Assembly (NCBI GenBank): GCA_963737065.1 | Contig: CAVTRC010000001.1 | Coordinates: 672,001 to 736,000 of the forward strand | Length of the DNA stretch: 64,000 bases | Source: Candidatus Eremiobacteria bacterium | Lineage (GTDB): Bacteria; Vulcanimicrobiota; Vulcanimicrobiia; Vulcanimicrobiales; Vulcanimicrobiaceae | Direction: 5' to 3' | Shown here: positions 1 through 10,169 of the stretch, piece after piece | Numbering within the stretch: the first letter of the stretch is position 1 | Layout: every line of letters begins with the position of its first letter | Position numbers and translations under genes: made by a program | The notes under the pieces: model-generated | Told to the model about the DNA's origin: nothing | The model's input: only the letters and a program-made list of their open reading frames with translations | Database searches by the model: none

Positions 1-435
1 TGCACCGAAGCTTTGCTCAACGCCGCGCTTCTCGGCGTGCACGGCACGCCCGTAGCAATGGTCACCGGCGACCGCGCGCTCGTCGAAACGACGCTTGCCG
101 ATCTGCCGTGGGCGACGGGCGTGATCGTGAAAGAGTCGATCGGATACTACGCCGCAAACTCGCTCACGCCGCAAGCAGCCTGCGATGCAATTCGTTCGGG
201 TGCGCGCGAAGCGATTCAATCCGCGTCGCGCGCGAAACCATTCACGTTTGAGCCGCCGGTCGAGCTCGTGATCGAGACGGCCGGCGTCGAACACGCCGAC
301 TTCATCGAGTTGCTTCCGCGTTTCGAACGCACCGGGGGACGCAGCGTAAGATTCGCAAGCGACGATTATGCAACGGCGTTCAACGCCTTTCTCGTTGCGA
401 TGCGTCTCGGTGGCGCGGCCAATCTACCGGCATGA
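1..435 (+). CDS. dppA: M55 family D-aminopeptidase (DppA-like), 5'-truncated by window edge
   Basis: C-terminal half closely resembles the next gene (LNAALLG..GTPVAMVTGD, IVKESIG); stop overlaps next start (ATGA at 432-435). Confidence 0.85.
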   Translation, partial: CTEALLNAALLGVHGTPVAMVTGDRALVETTLADLPWATGVIVKESIGYYAANSLTPQAACDAIRSGAREAIQSASRAKPFTFEPPVELVIETAGVEHADFIELLPRFERTGGRSVRFASDDYATAFNAFLVAMRLGGAANLPA

Positions 436-1256
436 AACTGTACATTTCGAGCGACATGGAAGGCGTTGCGGGCGTAACCGCGTGGCAGCAAGTCGATGCC
501 CGTACGCCGCACCCCGAGTATCACATGTACAAGCAGCACTACACACGCGAGGTTGCAGCGGCGGTGCGCGGCGCGCAACGCAGCGGCGCGTCCGACGTGA
601 CGATCAACGATTCGCATGGTCCGATGCGAAACTTCGTCTTCGAAGAATTGCCCCGCGACGTTCGCGTCATCTTCGGAAACCGCAAACCATACTCGATGGT
701 GCAAGATTGCGACGGCGGATACGCAGGCGCGTTCTTCATCGGCTATCACGGCGGCATCGGTGACGCCGACGCCGTCCTCTGCCATACGTACACGCCGTCG
801 GTCATCTACGAGACGCGGCTCAATGGCATGATATGCAGTGAAGCAACGCTGAACGCGGCGGTCCTCGGGTATCACGGCGTCCCGTTGCTCTACGTCACGG
901 GCGACCGCACGACCGTTGACGGCGTGCAACGGCAGATGCCCTGGGTGCGCGGCACGATCGTGAAAGAGTCCATCGGCAACTTTGGCGCGAATACGATGTC
1001 GCCCGCTGCAGCCCAGCGTGCGATCGAAGAGGCCGCGGCTGCGGCCTTTGCCGCACGCGCCGACGCCGAACCATTCATCATCGAATCGCCGATCGCGCTC
1101 GAAATTACGCTCGCAAAAGTGGAGCAGGCGGATTATGTCGCAATGATCCCCGGATTTGACCGAACCGGTCCGCGCGCGGTTCGCTTTGTCGATGAAGACA
1201 TGCTGACGATTTTCAAAGCGTTCGTCGCGGTCTTCCGGCTCGGCATGATCGCATAA
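432..1256 (+). CDS. dppA: M55 family D-aminopeptidase DppA
   Basis: N-terminal MKLYISSDMEGVAGV, INDSHG, IGYHG and HT metal-binding motifs typical of DppA. Confidence 0.92.
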   Translation: MKLYISSDMEGVAGVTAWQQVDARTPHPEYHMYKQHYTREVAAAVRGAQRSGASDVTINDSHGPMRNFVFEELPRDVRVIFGNRKPYSMVQDCDGGYAGAFFIGYHGGIGDADAVLCHTYTPSVIYETRLNGMICSEATLNAAVLGYHGVPLLYVTGDRTTVDGVQRQMPWVRGTIVKESIGNFGANTMSPAAAQRAIEEAAAAAFAARADAEPFIIESPIALEITLAKVEQADYVAMIPGFDRTGPRAVRFVDEDMLTIFKAFVAVFRLGMIA

Positions 1257-1277
1257 GCTTCGGCAAGCCGAAAAACG

Positions 1278-2678
1278 CTACGACGCGATCGGGGCGCTCG
1301 TCGAACGTAACGCGATCGCAATCTCCGCAACGTCGTCTTCCGAGATCGAAAGCTCGCGCATCGCTCGTTCGTACGCGTCGATCGTCTCTTCGCTCTTGCT
1401 GGACGCCGCCCGGTCTTCACGCAGGCGTTTGATCTCTTCCGTAACCGCGTGCGCGAGCGCCGAATCAACCTGGATGCCGGCGGCCGCGAGGTTCTCTCTG
1501 CGCTTGCGAAGCGTGTCCTCGACGAGCGCGACGCCGGAGTGTTTGCCGAAGATGAAGCTCGTCTCGCCGCCGACGAGTTCACTCGGAACGGCTTCGTAAA
1601 TGCGGCGGTCGATGAGCACACCGTGTGTGTGGATGCCTGACTCGTGCGCGAACACTTTCGCTCCGACGATCGGCTCGTGCTGCTGCATCGGGATGCCGCT
1701 CATCCGTTCCATGAACCGCGCGAGCTCGCGCAACTTTTTGTATTTGAATCCCGGGATCTCGACCCCGTAAAGCACGCGCATCGCGACCGCATATTCGTGC
1801 AGTTTTACGTTGCCCGCGCGTTCGCCGTACCCGTTTGCGGTCACCGAAACCACGTTGAATCCGCACGATGTCGCGGTAATCGCATTGATCGTGCCCAATC
1901 CGTAATCGTTGTGCAGGTGCGCGACAACCGGAATCCCTTTCGGTAAGCCGCCGATGATTCGCGTGCCGTACCAGCGCATCGCTTCGGGCGTCAGACACCC
2001 GACCGTATCCGGCCATGCCGGCCGCGAACCGCCGGCCTCGATCCCGGCTTTGAAGTATTCGATGAAGTAATCGACATCGCCCCGGCTGCCGTCTTCGGCA
2101 CCGAATTCGATGCGCTCGACGCCGCATTCGCGCGCGTGTTTGATTGCGTCGCACTGCAGCCGAATGTTCGCGTTGCGGTAAAATTCCAGCGGAAGCTCGA
2201 GCCACTCCGACTCGTCGCGCCCTTCGAAGCGCAAGAGTGTCTTCCCGATCTTGTACTTCAAGTGCAAATCGCTGCCGCTCGTGAAAATAAAGAACGTCAC
2301 CGCGGACGGATCGACCCCGGCTTCACGTAATGTCGCGACGGTAACGTCGATGTCTTTGCGGTTGCTGCGGCACATCACGACGATCTCGGTATCACCGATT
2401 TCTCCGCGGCGCTTTGCGTCCATCACGAGTTGCAGCGTGCGCCGGTCGCCTTCCGATGCTGCGGGAAATCCGATGCTCATGATATGGACGCCTACGTCAG
2501 CGAGCGCCTTCGCGATCTCGAGCTTCTGTTGCGGCGTGTAACAGACGCCCGGCATTTGCTCGCCGTCGCGCAGCGTCTCGTCGTAGATCCGCAGTTCCGA
2601 AGGATCGGGAAACGCGACATTGCGCGTGAATTCCTTGGGATCGCGAATCAGCCGTTCGATCGGCTCGCGCAGTTCCAT
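1278..2678 (-). CDS. DRE-TIM metallolyase, homocitrate/isopropylmalate synthase family (no LeuA regulatory domain)
   Basis: DETLRDGEQ, HLHNDYGLG, NGYGERAGN, HESGIH, FGKHSG motifs; ATG at 2678 preceded by GGAG. Confidence 0.85.
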   Translation of the reverse strand: MELREPIERLIRDPKEFTRNVAFPDPSELRIYDETLRDGEQMPGVCYTPQQKLEIAKALADVGVHIMSIGFPAASEGDRRTLQLVMDAKRRGEIGDTEIVVMCRSNRKDIDVTVATLREAGVDPSAVTFFIFTSGSDLHLKYKIGKTLLRFEGRDESEWLELPLEFYRNANIRLQCDAIKHARECGVERIEFGAEDGSRGDVDYFIEYFKAGIEAGGSRPAWPDTVGCLTPEAMRWYGTRIIGGLPKGIPVVAHLHNDYGLGTINAITATSCGFNVVSVTANGYGERAGNVKLHEYAVAMRVLYGVEIPGFKYKKLRELARFMERMSGIPMQQHEPIVGAKVFAHESGIHTHGVLIDRRIYEAVPSELVGGETSFIFGKHSGVALVEDTLRKRRENLAAAGIQVDSALAHAVTEEIKRLREDRAASSKSEETIDAYERAMRELSISEDDVAEIAIALRSTSAPIAS

Positions 2679-2840
2679 AATGCTGGCTCCTATAATCGCT
2701 GACTGGAATGGATATTCCGCGTGCGGACGCGCGATTCCGCGATATTGGCCGCGACGGCGGATTCCACAGCCCGATGCAAGCAGCGGAGGAACCAAGCCGC
2801 GCGGGAGGACGCGTCGAGCCGTCGACGTGAAGAGCCCAAT

Positions 2841-3647
2841 GTGATCCAAGAACCCGATCCGGCCGAACCGGAAAAGAAACCGGTGGACGATCCCGCGCAG
2901 AAGACCACGCGCCGTGGCGGAATCGGCGCGCTCGTTGCAGCGATCGCCGTCGCCGCGACCAAGTTCGCGCTCGTCCTCAAACTGTTGCTGCCGAGTTGGA
3001 CGTTTTTGCTCTCGCTCGTTTTCTACGTGGCGTTTTTCGGGTGGCGCCTCGGGATTGTGATTCTGCTTGCGCTCGCCGCGCACGAGCTGGGTCACTACTT
3101 TGCGTATCGCGCGTACGGACTTGCGGCGCGTCTGCCGGTGTTCGTTCCACTGTTGGGCGCGTACACGCGCGGTGCGCTTGCGCCGAATCTGGAAGACGAC
3201 GCATACATCGCCCTGGCCGGACCGCTGACGGGCCTCGCGCTTGCGGCCGCGTGCTACGGCGTCGGCGTCGCGACGGGCGACCGCTTTTGGATTGCGTGCG
3301 CCGAGGTGTCGGCGTTTTTGAATCTCTTCAATATGATTCCGGTGCTGCCGTTCGACGGCGGTCGCGTCATCGGCGCTGTCTGGCCTCCGTTATGGGTTGT
3401 CGGCGTCATCGTTTTTCTCGCGGCCGCGGTATGGCTTCACGTACCGATCGTGCTCGTCGTTCTCATCGCGCTGCTCGGCGTACCGGCAATGTTTGCGTCG
3501 TTCCGCGGAACGCCGGATCCTCGCGCCGCCGCGATGACGAACGCCGCGCGTGCACGCGTCGGATTCTGGTACGTGGCGACATCGCTCGCGCTCATCGTGC
3601 TCGTCGGCCAAGCGCATACCGTACTTCCGTCGAATACCGGAGTATGA
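2841..3647 (+). CDS. Site-2 protease (M50 family membrane metalloprotease)
   Basis: HELGH, ALAGP and NLFNMIPVLPFDGGR motifs; several TM segments; GTG start inferred. Confidence 0.9.
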   Translation: MIQEPDPAEPEKKPVDDPAQKTTRRGGIGALVAAIAVAATKFALVLKLLLPSWTFLLSLVFYVAFFGWRLGIVILLALAAHELGHYFAYRAYGLAARLPVFVPLLGAYTRGALAPNLEDDAYIALAGPLTGLALAAACYGVGVATGDRFWIACAEVSAFLNLFNMIPVLPFDGGRVIGAVWPPLWVVGVIVFLAAAVWLHVPIVLVVLIALLGVPAMFASFRGTPDPRAAAMTNAARARVGFWYVATSLALIVLVGQAHTVLPSNTGV

Positions 3648-4213
3648 ACGAAGGCTCGACCCCCGATTTCGCGATGCAGCGGGCCGTCGAAATTCTTGCG
3701 AACATCTACGAGCGCGGGCAAAAGCAGAACGACGTTCCACCGCCGCCCGCCGACAAACCGATCGTCCTCTTCAGCGAAACGATCGCGCTCGACGTCGCGC
3801 GCACGCAACGCCCCGACGTCGAACGCGCGCTCGGCAGTGCATTCGCGTATCCCGCGCGCGGCTGGCACACATACTGCGTTCGCGGCCCGGACGGCGCACG
3901 GCTCTTCGCAAGCCTCTTTTACAGTGAGAGCACGCTGATTGCAGCCGAATTATACGTCCCGAAGGTCGATCGTGCACCGAAGCTCGCGCCGCGCGATGTA
4001 ACGTTTCGTTTCGTTCCCGGCGAAATCACCGTGGGAAAACCCATTACGACGCTCCCAAAACACTTCGCACGGATCTCCGCGCTCGCAGAGAAGTTCGGCG
4101 CCTACGCCGAGATGTTCGGCGCACGTTTTCCCGGCGGCTCCGCATATGCAATGGGCAACGGCGGCACGATCGAGCGATTGGCGATCTACGCGCTGCGCGC
4201 TAGCGAACCTTAG
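3644..4213 (+). CDS. Hypothetical protein (189 aa)
   Basis: ATGA overlap with upstream stop and GGAG upstream; abuts next gene; protein-like composition. Confidence 0.7.
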   Translation: MNEGSTPDFAMQRAVEILANIYERGQKQNDVPPPPADKPIVLFSETIALDVARTQRPDVERALGSAFAYPARGWHTYCVRGPDGARLFASLFYSESTLIAAELYVPKVDRAPKLAPRDVTFRFVPGEITVGKPITTLPKHFARISALAEKFGAYAEMFGARFPGGSAYAMGNGGTIERLAIYALRASEP

Positions 4214-5608
4214 GTGCAGCGCCGACGCGTTTGCGCCATCGTCGCGGCGGTCCTGGTTGCGATTGCGCTTCTTGTGACGCGGCCGCCGGGCGAACCCGGC
4301 GTAACGTTGCGCGACTTCGAAGCGTACTACACCGCGGGAGCGACGTGGGCCGCACACGGCGATCCGTATTCGCTTGCGATCTGGAGTGCGCAGTCGCACA
4401 TTCCGGGCGTGATTGCAGCACGATACGAAGTGCTCCCGTTCGTCGGTGTGCCGGCGACGTTGCCGCTCTGGTCGCTCTTCGCGCGGCTCCCGTACCAATC
4501 GGCGACGGTCGTGTGGAGCGTGGTGCTGGGCTGCGCGCTTGCAACATTCGTCATCGGGACGGCACGGCTCGTACGCCTCTCGCCGATGCAGACGACACTG
4601 GCGGCGATCGCGGCGCTGGCATTCGTGCCGATCACGAGCAACTTCGGTCTCGGGCAAGCCGCACTGCCTGCCTATGCGTGTGCCGTTATTGCGCTCGTGA
4701 CGCGGCCGGTCGTTGCATCGCTCGCCGTTGCGCTGAGCGCGATCCAACCGAATGTAGCGCTTGGCCTCGCGGCAATGGCGAGATCCAAACGCGCGGCCCG
4801 CGCGCTTGCGGCCGGTCTGATAATCGCGTACGGCGCGGGCGCATTCGCAGACGGTGCCGCCTGGCCTGCGCGATATCTCGCAACGCTCGCCGCGCATGGC
4901 GCAGCCGAACGGTTCGCTTCGATTCAGTACACGCCCGCCGCCGTACTCTATGGGTTCGGCGTGCCGCACGCGGCCGCGCAAGCGCTCGCGATCCTCGTCG
5001 GCGTCGCCGCATTCATCTTCGCGATCCGCGGCGCGCTCACCGCACGCAACGTCGCGCACCGCTTCGCGATTCTCTGCTGTGCGATTCCCTTCGTCGCGGG
5101 GTTCTTTCACGAGCATGATTTCGTTGCGCTCTTCGTCCCGGCGATCGTTGCGCTCACATATGCGCGGAATTCAATACTTGCCGTCGTCGCAACGGTGTGC
5201 GTCGGAGTGAATTGGCTTGACTTCGCGCAGCAACCGCAAGCACTGCCGCAGGACATCGTTCTCGCCGCCGGTCTCTTCGTTGCCGCGATCGGATTCGGGC
5301 GTTCCCGCGTCTCGCTCTTGGTCGCGATCCCGGTGACCGGCGCGATTGTGCTCGGCGCCTGGATCGGCCACGCGCATCCGCTTGCGATTTGGCCGAACGA
5401 TATGCAGGGCGCCGCGCATGGCGCGACTGTTGCGGACGTCTGGAAAAACGAACAGCTGAAGACCGGCCTTTTGCGCCCCGATGCTGCAGCCGCTGCGCTT
5501 CGAAGCTTCGCGCTGCTCGGCAGTGCGCTACTCTTTTATCTGGTCTTAAATGTCGACGTCCATCATATTGTCGAACGGCGTGACACCGTTGGGACGGAAG
5601 TCCCGTAG
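4214..5608 (+). CDS. GT87/DUF2029-like polytopic membrane glycosyltransferase
   Basis: RDFEAYYTAG..W..GDPY after first TM, NFGLGQ, HEHDF, many TM helices. Confidence 0.75.
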   Translation: MQRRRVCAIVAAVLVAIALLVTRPPGEPGVTLRDFEAYYTAGATWAAHGDPYSLAIWSAQSHIPGVIAARYEVLPFVGVPATLPLWSLFARLPYQSATVVWSVVLGCALATFVIGTARLVRLSPMQTTLAAIAALAFVPITSNFGLGQAALPAYACAVIALVTRPVVASLAVALSAIQPNVALGLAAMARSKRAARALAAGLIIAYGAGAFADGAAWPARYLATLAAHGAAERFASIQYTPAAVLYGFGVPHAAAQALAILVGVAAFIFAIRGALTARNVAHRFAILCCAIPFVAGFFHEHDFVALFVPAIVALTYARNSILAVVATVCVGVNWLDFAQQPQALPQDIVLAAGLFVAAIGFGRSRVSLLVAIPVTGAIVLGAWIGHAHPLAIWPNDMQGAAHGATVADVWKNEQLKTGLLRPDAAAAALRSFALLGSALLFYLVLNVDVHHIVERRDTVGTEVP

Positions 5609-7204
5609 GTCCTTGTTGTACACGTAGATATCTTCGCGTTCACTTGTAACGATCACTGGAACATCTCGCACGAACTCACGCACGAAAGCCCGCACGTCGG
5701 CGTTTCGCTGTGTTTGTTCGTAGTGTCGATAGAGCGAATCCATCGCCGCTTGCGCCTTCTCGTTACACCACCGCGGATCGTTTTGTCCGTTTGGAGGGAA
5801 CGCGTTGCAGCCGTAGATTTGTGAGAAATCGCCGATCGCTTCGTTCTGCCATGCGAAGAAAATGATATCCCACTTGTTACTGTATACGATGCCACCCTGC
5901 TGAAGTGGAGCAAACATCAGCGCAATCGGATAATGGCGGACGCTTATCCCGACGCCGAGTTTCTGCCAGTTTGCGCGGATCAACTCGATCATGTTGTCGG
6001 TATCCGCCGATCCGGTATTCGTGGCTACGTCGAGGACGAGACGGACGCCGTTCTTCGCGCGAATGCCGTCAGCACCGCGAACCCAACCGCCCTTATCGAG
6101 AAGATCGTTCGCCTTTGCGAGATCGAATGGCGTAATTGAAACGCCCGACACATAGTACGGCGCAGTCACCGGTGTGGGAACATCGGAAAGGATGCCGACA
6201 TCGTGGCCGATCTTATGCCGCAGTTCGGCTCGATCGATACCGTACCGCAACGCCTGCCGCACCACCTCATCTTTTAGAGCCGGCCGCAACAGGTTGAAAT
6301 CGAGGTGATTCCAGTAATAGCTGGGCTGCCGCAAGGTCGCGACGCCGGGGAGGCCCTGCACGCGAGAGAGATAGCTTCCCGGCACAAGATGCCACATATC
6401 GACATCATGCGTTTGTAATTCCGATACCATCGTGTTGCGATCCGGGATGATCTTGAAAACGACCTTTTGGAGCTTCGGCCGTCCGCGCCAGTAGAGCGCG
6501 TTCGCGACGAGGATCACATCTTGCGTACGATCCCAGCGGTCCACTTTAAAAGGACCAATTCCAACCGGCTTCTGATTGTACGGAATGTTGTTGATGTTGG
6601 GATACTGCGCGAGCAGATGCTTGGGGAGAATGCACGGATTCGCGCCCGCCGTTGAAAAGAACGTCTCGACGAACGGCGAGTACGGTTTCTTTAAATGATA
6701 GACAACCGTATATTTGTCGGGCTCGTCAATCTTCGCGATTTGGTCCCAGCCTTGACGACCCACTTCATTGTTCGCCGGGTTCAGCACGACTTTTGTAGAG
6801 AAAACGACGTCATCGGCATCAAACGGCACGCCATCCGCCCATTTAACGCCCTTACGCAGATGGTACGTGATCGTCAAACCATCTTTGCTCACGCCACCGT
6901 TGGCCTGAGTGGGGACTTCCGTCGCGAGTTCAGGTATCGGATTGTTGTGCTCGTCCCATTTGACGAGCCACGCCATCGTCATCTGCGCGATGAATCCGAC
7001 GTCGGCATATTGCCCAAGATGCGGATTCAATGTGTTGATGTCGCCGGCGTCGGCGAACGTCAGCACGTGAGGCTTCGTCCACGAATTTACCCGGCCGCCG
7101 GATTCGCCCGTCTGCGATACTTTCGCGCAGCCGGATACGAGAAGAGCGAGCGCGAGAGACGCGCCTACGACGCGTTTCAAATCGAGTACTCCCACGAATT
7201 CCAA
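5546..7204 (-). CDS. Peptide/nickel ABC transporter substrate-binding lipoprotein (family 5)
   Basis: Lipobox LVSGC; PELATEVP, DGLTITYHLRKGVKWADG, GIGPFK motifs; exact start uncertain. Confidence 0.92.
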   Translation of the reverse strand: MEFVGVLDLKRVVGASLALALLVSGCAKVSQTGESGGRVNSWTKPHVLTFADAGDINTLNPHLGQYADVGFIAQMTMAWLVKWDEHNNPIPELATEVPTQANGGVSKDGLTITYHLRKGVKWADGVPFDADDVVFSTKVVLNPANNEVGRQGWDQIAKIDEPDKYTVVYHLKKPYSPFVETFFSTAGANPCILPKHLLAQYPNINNIPYNQKPVGIGPFKVDRWDRTQDVILVANALYWRGRPKLQKVVFKIIPDRNTMVSELQTHDVDMWHLVPGSYLSRVQGLPGVATLRQPSYYWNHLDFNLLRPALKDEVVRQALRYGIDRAELRHKIGHDVGILSDVPTPVTAPYYVSGVSITPFDLAKANDLLDKGGWVRGADGIRAKNGVRLVLDVATNTGSADTDNMIELIRANWQKLGVGISVRHYPIALMFAPLQQGGIVYSNKWDIIFFAWQNEAIGDFSQIYGCNAFPPNGQNDPRWCNEKAQAAMDSLYRHYEQTQRNADVRAFVREFVRDVPVIVTSEREDIYVYNKDLRDFRPNGVTPFDNMMDVDI

Positions 7205-8833
7205 AACGGCGAGATGACGGGCGAGGGGGTGAAGCCCTTCAGGTCACTGTTGTAGACGTAGACCGGTCTTGCGAAGTATATGACGATCGTCGGCACGTCG
7301 AGCGCCATTTGCTGCTGAATGATCGTATATTGCGGTTTTCGCTTTGCTTCGTCGACCGTCGCGAGCGCGGCGCGCTCCGCAGCATCGACCTTATCGTTTT
7401 TCCAGAACATCGTGTTCTGTCCGGTCGGCCCAAAATTCCAGCTGGAATAGAGCGCACTGTCGTCCGGGTCCGCCGCCGCAACCCAGGCATAGAATGCCGC
7501 GTCATAGTGACCGCCTTCGAGGACGCCTGCCGTACCGTTTTCGAACATCTGCGCCGTCGAATAGTTCTTCACGTTCGCCTCAACGCCGATGTCGCGCCAC
7601 GCGCGCTGCACCAGCGCTTGAGTCGCGCGGCCCGGCGGTCGATTCCGTTTGCGTGCTAAACGTGAACTGCAACCGCTGTCCGTTCTTCACGCGCACGCCG
7701 TCCGGCCCGGCTTTCCAGCCGTCACTGTCGAGGATCTGTTTCGCCTTCGCGGGATCGTATGGATAATGCTGGATGTCGCTCGTGTACGCCCATGAGAGCA
7801 TCGGGTGTTGGTCGGTCTCGGCAGATGTCGCCGATCCGTGAAAGACCTTGTCGATAATTTCTTGGCGGTTCGTGGCGTACGCGAGCGCTCTGCGGACGTT
7901 CACGTCGGAAAGAATCGGATTGCGAAGGTTGAAGTCGATGTGCCCGAACTGAAAGGCGTATGGGCGAACCGTGACGAGCCCATTCTTCGGATCCGCTGCG
8001 AGCGCTTGATACCGCGGCCAATTCAATCCGCTGCCGCGCACGATCATGTCGATGTTGTGCGTCTGGAGCTGCGTCTCCATCGTGTTCTCATCCGGCTCGA
8101 AATAGTAGTCGATCTCGTTGAGTTTCGGCTTGCCCATGAAATAGTTTGGATTCGCGGCGAGGCGCACCATCGTGCCGCGCTGCCACTCGATGACTTTGAA
8201 GGGCCCGCTTCCGATCGGCATCGAGTTGTACGGCGCGTTATTGATCGACGTCGGACCATTCAGATAGCTCGCGAGCAGATGCTCGGGAAGAATTGCCGCG
8301 TTGCCGTTCACGCCCCACAACTGCTGCAAGAACGGCGCATACACGCGTTTCATATGCACGACCGCGACGTAGGGGTCGCTGCAATCGATATCTTTGATAT
8401 CGCGATAGCCGTCGGTCGCCGCAACGTTCGTATGCGGGTTGATCACGACTTGCCAGGTAAATCGAAGATCTTTGCACGTCAGCGCCTGGCCGTCTTGCCA
8501 TTTGATGGTGTGACGCAGCTTGTATTTGAGCGTCAATCCGTCTTTACTGACGTCGCCGTTGGCAAGGCTCGGCACTTCTGAGACGGCATCGGGCACCGGC
8601 TTCGCGTGGTCATCATAGAGAACGGCATACGAAAAGATCAGCGTCGATAGGTCACCTGTTACGGCGTTCGCCCCGATGACCGGATTCAGCGTCGTGATGT
8701 CTTGATTTTGAGCGACTCGTAAGACGCCCGGGCGCGTCCATGAGTGGCGCATTCCTGCGGTTTGCTCGTTTCCGACCTTCGTGCATCCTGCGGCGGCAAA
8801 CGCAATGACTCCGGCGGCAAGCGCCGCGCGCAT
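7177..8833 (-). CDS. Peptide ABC transporter substrate-binding lipoprotein, interrupted by a +1 frameshift near 7632 (probable sequencing error)
   Basis: ORFs 7580-8833 and 7177-7611 are the two halves; removing one G from GCCGGGC restores ..ESTAGRATQALVQRAW..; lipobox AAAGC. Confidence 0.85.
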
Positions 8834-8841
8834 ACGCGTGT

Positions 8842-10005
8842 TCAGACAGAACCTCCCTCTTCGCCTGGCGAAACTTTCATCGTGTCCGGATCGATGCCCT
8901 GACGCTCGTAGAATTCGCGAAACGCCTGCGGCGCGATTTCCGACGGTTTGATCTCGCTGCGTCCTCCCCAGAACACGTTGGTGTAGCCGAAATCGATCCC
9001 CGCTTCACGCAAGTGTTCGTCGATTGCAGCTTTGTGCGCGAGCACCCGCTCTTTTTCCATGCCGTGAGCGACGGCCATGATATTCACGTTGCGGAACTCG
9101 GGTCCGCCTTCCCGCCAATAGGCATGCGTGATGATATAGTGACGGCCGACTTCGCGCCCCGCTTCCATTTCGCGCCCACGCGGCACAGCCCAATGGAACA
9201 ACGCATTGTATCGCGTGACGCGTTCGTTGTTCGCGCCCGGTTTCACATGCTCGAGAAAGGTCGAAAACCGGCCGATGACGCGTCGCGCATTGAGATCGCG
9301 CGCCACGCGCGCAAACTCTTCCGACGACACACCGGCTTCGTCTGCCCGCGCATCCCAGATATTCCGGACGATTTCGCCCGCTTCGAACTCGCGTTTGAGC
9401 ACGGTGAGGACGCGCCACTCCAAATCGCTGAGTTGCACGATCGCGGTATCCTTTGGTTGCGCCATGACTTCGGCGCGCTCACCGGGCTCGAGCCCGCGGC
9501 GACGCACGTGACCGACGCCCAGCGCGAAAACGAACTTTGCGGGCATCAATCTGAAGGATTCCGCACCCGTTTGCTTCGCGAGAAACTCAGCGTGTTTGCG
9601 CAGCGAATAGCCTTGCGGAACTTTGGCGGTCGTCCACAAGCGATACGTGCTGCCCGGCGTGACCGCGTCCGTCGTTCGGATGACGATGTGCCCCGAAAAC
9701 GGATCATCCTTATACATGTACTCGAAGGCTGCATCGAGCCGGTCGTTGGGGATCTGCCACGCGCAAAGCGCGCCTTGCGCGAGGTTCGTCGACATCAGCG
9801 TCTGTCGCACGCGGCGGATCGTCCCGGCGCGCAGCATCGCGACGACCCGTTCGATAACCGTCTCAACCGGGACGCCGCTCTGCTGGGCAATCGCGCCGAA
9901 CGGATCCTCTTGAAATCCGGTAAGGCGGTCTTCCGAGACCGCGAGAATCGCGGCGTTCACCGGATCGGAAACCGCCGCTGGAACCGTAGGATGATCGGGA
10001 GCCAT
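8842..10005 (-). CDS. Lrp/AsnC-fold siroheme decarboxylase-like protein (fused AhbA/AhbB, NirDL type)
   Basis: Two tandem HTH + AsnC-like repeats (DPFGAIAQQSG..IRRV; R..IGRF..H, THAYWR, NIMAVAHG). Confidence 0.7.
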   Translation of the reverse strand: MAPDHPTVPAAVSDPVNAAILAVSEDRLTGFQEDPFGAIAQQSGVPVETVIERVVAMLRAGTIRRVRQTLMSTNLAQGALCAWQIPNDRLDAAFEYMYKDDPFSGHIVIRTTDAVTPGSTYRLWTTAKVPQGYSLRKHAEFLAKQTGAESFRLMPAKFVFALGVGHVRRRGLEPGERAEVMAQPKDTAIVQLSDLEWRVLTVLKREFEAGEIVRNIWDARADEAGVSSEEFARVARDLNARRVIGRFSTFLEHVKPGANNERVTRYNALFHWAVPRGREMEAGREVGRHYIITHAYWREGGPEFRNVNIMAVAHGMEKERVLAHKAAIDEHLREAGIDFGYTNVFWGGRSEIKPSEIAPQAFREFYERQGIDPDTMKVSPGEEGGSV

Positions 10006-10054
10006 ACGCCGCTCTTTAGACGACCGCTCCCCATCACCCGTCCCGCACCGCGGA

Positions 10055-10168
10055 TTGGCGCAAAGCGCCAACCGTAACCGGTTCACGCGAACCGTGCTTC
10101 AAATCGCTCATTAAAGCTGCGGCTTGGCCCGAAGGGCCAAACGCGACGGGTTCGCCGGAGGCGAATCC
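10055..10168. repeat. Cluster of three short palindromic hairpins with 3-nt loops (REP-like)
   Basis: TTGGCGC-AAA-GCGCCAA (10055-71), TTGGCCC-GAA-GGGCCAA (10124-40), GGGTTCGCC-GGA-GGCGAATCC (10148-68). Confidence 0.6.
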
Positions 10169-10169
10169 T

